Source: Parvularia atlantis (taxonomy: Eukaryota). From it: a DNA stretch of 33,408 nt. Both the position numbers and the translations under genes were made by a program. Shown here piece after piece: positions 32,424-33,408 of the stretch. Under the pieces are notes generated by a model. It saw only the letters and a program-made list of their open reading frames with translations, was not told the DNA's origin and did no database searches. The stretch spans positions 1-33,408 of the forward strand of contig CALSCO010001090.1 of assembly GCA_943704415.1 (NCBI GenBank), given 5' to 3'. Numbering within the stretch: the stretch's first letter is position 1; each line of letters begins with the position of its first letter.

Positions 32424-33334
32424 ATGAGCGTGGAGCCGCTGCTCGAGGGGCACGACGCGGGAGCGACGGTGGCGCGGGCGACGTTCCGCGCGGGCGACGT
32501 GGCGCGGCTCAAGACGGCGGGCCATGCGCTGTGCGGGCTGTGCTGCTGCCCGCCCGTGCTGCTGTGCCTGCCGTGCGCCGTTGTCGGCAACCCGCGGGAG
32601 ACGGCCTCGTACGAGTGTGTGTTGACGTGCGTGTTGCTCCTCTTGCTGGCTGCGCCTTATGCTCACAGTGTGTGTCGCGCGCAGCACCAACGCCGTCGTG
32701 TACCGCTCGCAGACCTTCCTGTGCGCGTGCCCGTGCGACGCCGTGGAGCGCACCGTGCCGCTCGACCGGATCAGCGACATCGTCAGTGCGTTGCGCCTCA
32801 GGCTGCCGTCCGCGCGCTCGCGCCGTGTTGCCCAAGGCGGCCGCCGCAGTCAAGCAAGACGGCCTGCACCGCTCGTACGGCCTGCACACGATTGTCATCG
32901 TCGCGACCGCGCCCGGCAGCAGCCGCACGACCGTGCGGCTGCAAACACACAAGCAAAAGCTGTCGCCCACGCGCGCACGACACAGACGCTCACGCTCGAG
33001 GGCGTCGTCGAGCCGCACGCGTTCAAGGATCAGATCATGGCCACGCGCGACGTCCGTGTGGCCGCGTGGTCGTGCCCGACTCACACTCATGCGGCGGCAG
33101 GTGTACCTGCGCACGATCGGCTCGGCCGGCATCGCGCCTGCGCCCAGCGCCACCGCCGTCTCTCCCACACAGCAGCAGCAGCAGCAACAGCAGCCGGCCG
33201 CGGCACCGCCCATGGGCGAGGTGCAGCAGACGCTGCAGCGCATGGAGGCGACGCTGCGCGCCATCGAGCAGCACACGGCGCTGACCGCCCCGTCCGCGCC
33301 GCCCTTTTACGAGAAGCCGCCCGACGTCGCGTGA
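32424..33334 (+). CDS. Cys-rich membrane-associated protein with a bacterial-type PH (bPH_2/YdbS-like) domain; 4 introns
   Basis: Spliced product: LCGLCCCPPVLLCLPC...YECVLTTNAVVYRSQTFLCACPCDAVERTVPLDRISDIVIKQDGLHRSYGLHTIVIVATAPG...LTLEGVVEPHAFKDQIMATRD, then poly-Q, a short coiled coil and PSAPPFY. Confidence 0.65.
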
Positions 33335-33408
33335 CGCGCCTGCGCCCCCCGCAGGCCGGGCCTCTGTGTCTTGTACTCGCTTTGCTCGATGTCTACAGGT
33401 CAGCTCAC

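Overview
GC-rich, extremely gene-dense nuclear DNA from a unicellular eukaryote; RSPRY1, RGS/DH-PH, TRIM-NHL-like and MYCBP content suggests an amorphean or opisthokont-related protist, but the species cannot be determined. Splicing the genes by hand gave 18 protein-coding genes with about 133 short spliceosomal introns (mostly 44-80 nt; donor GTGCG, branch CTGAC/CTCAC, acceptor mostly GCAG, no polypyrimidine tract). The six-frame ORF track is therefore largely misleading. Gene order: NHL-repeat protein (5'-partial), NAD-dependent epimerase, INO80E-like small protein, orphan type II membrane protein, ACAD8, RPL10A, a CUE-DH-PH-RGS RhoGEF, OGG1, SMC6, SGNH hydrolase, MYCBP, SPB1/FTSJ3, NF-YA, FAM210/DUF1279, ALG1, RSPRY1, RCC1, and a bPH_2-like protein. 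Most notable: (1) intergenic spacers of only 26-99 bp, with acceptor-like CAG sites before downstream ATGs in co-oriented runs (possible polycistronic or trans-spliced expression); (2) a recurrent TGTAC 3'-flank motif; (3) about 6% GC-AG introns; (4) an unusual RhoGEF architecture with a C-terminal RGS domain. No RNA genes, transposons or CRISPR arrays were seen. Family calls rest on recalled motifs, not database searches.
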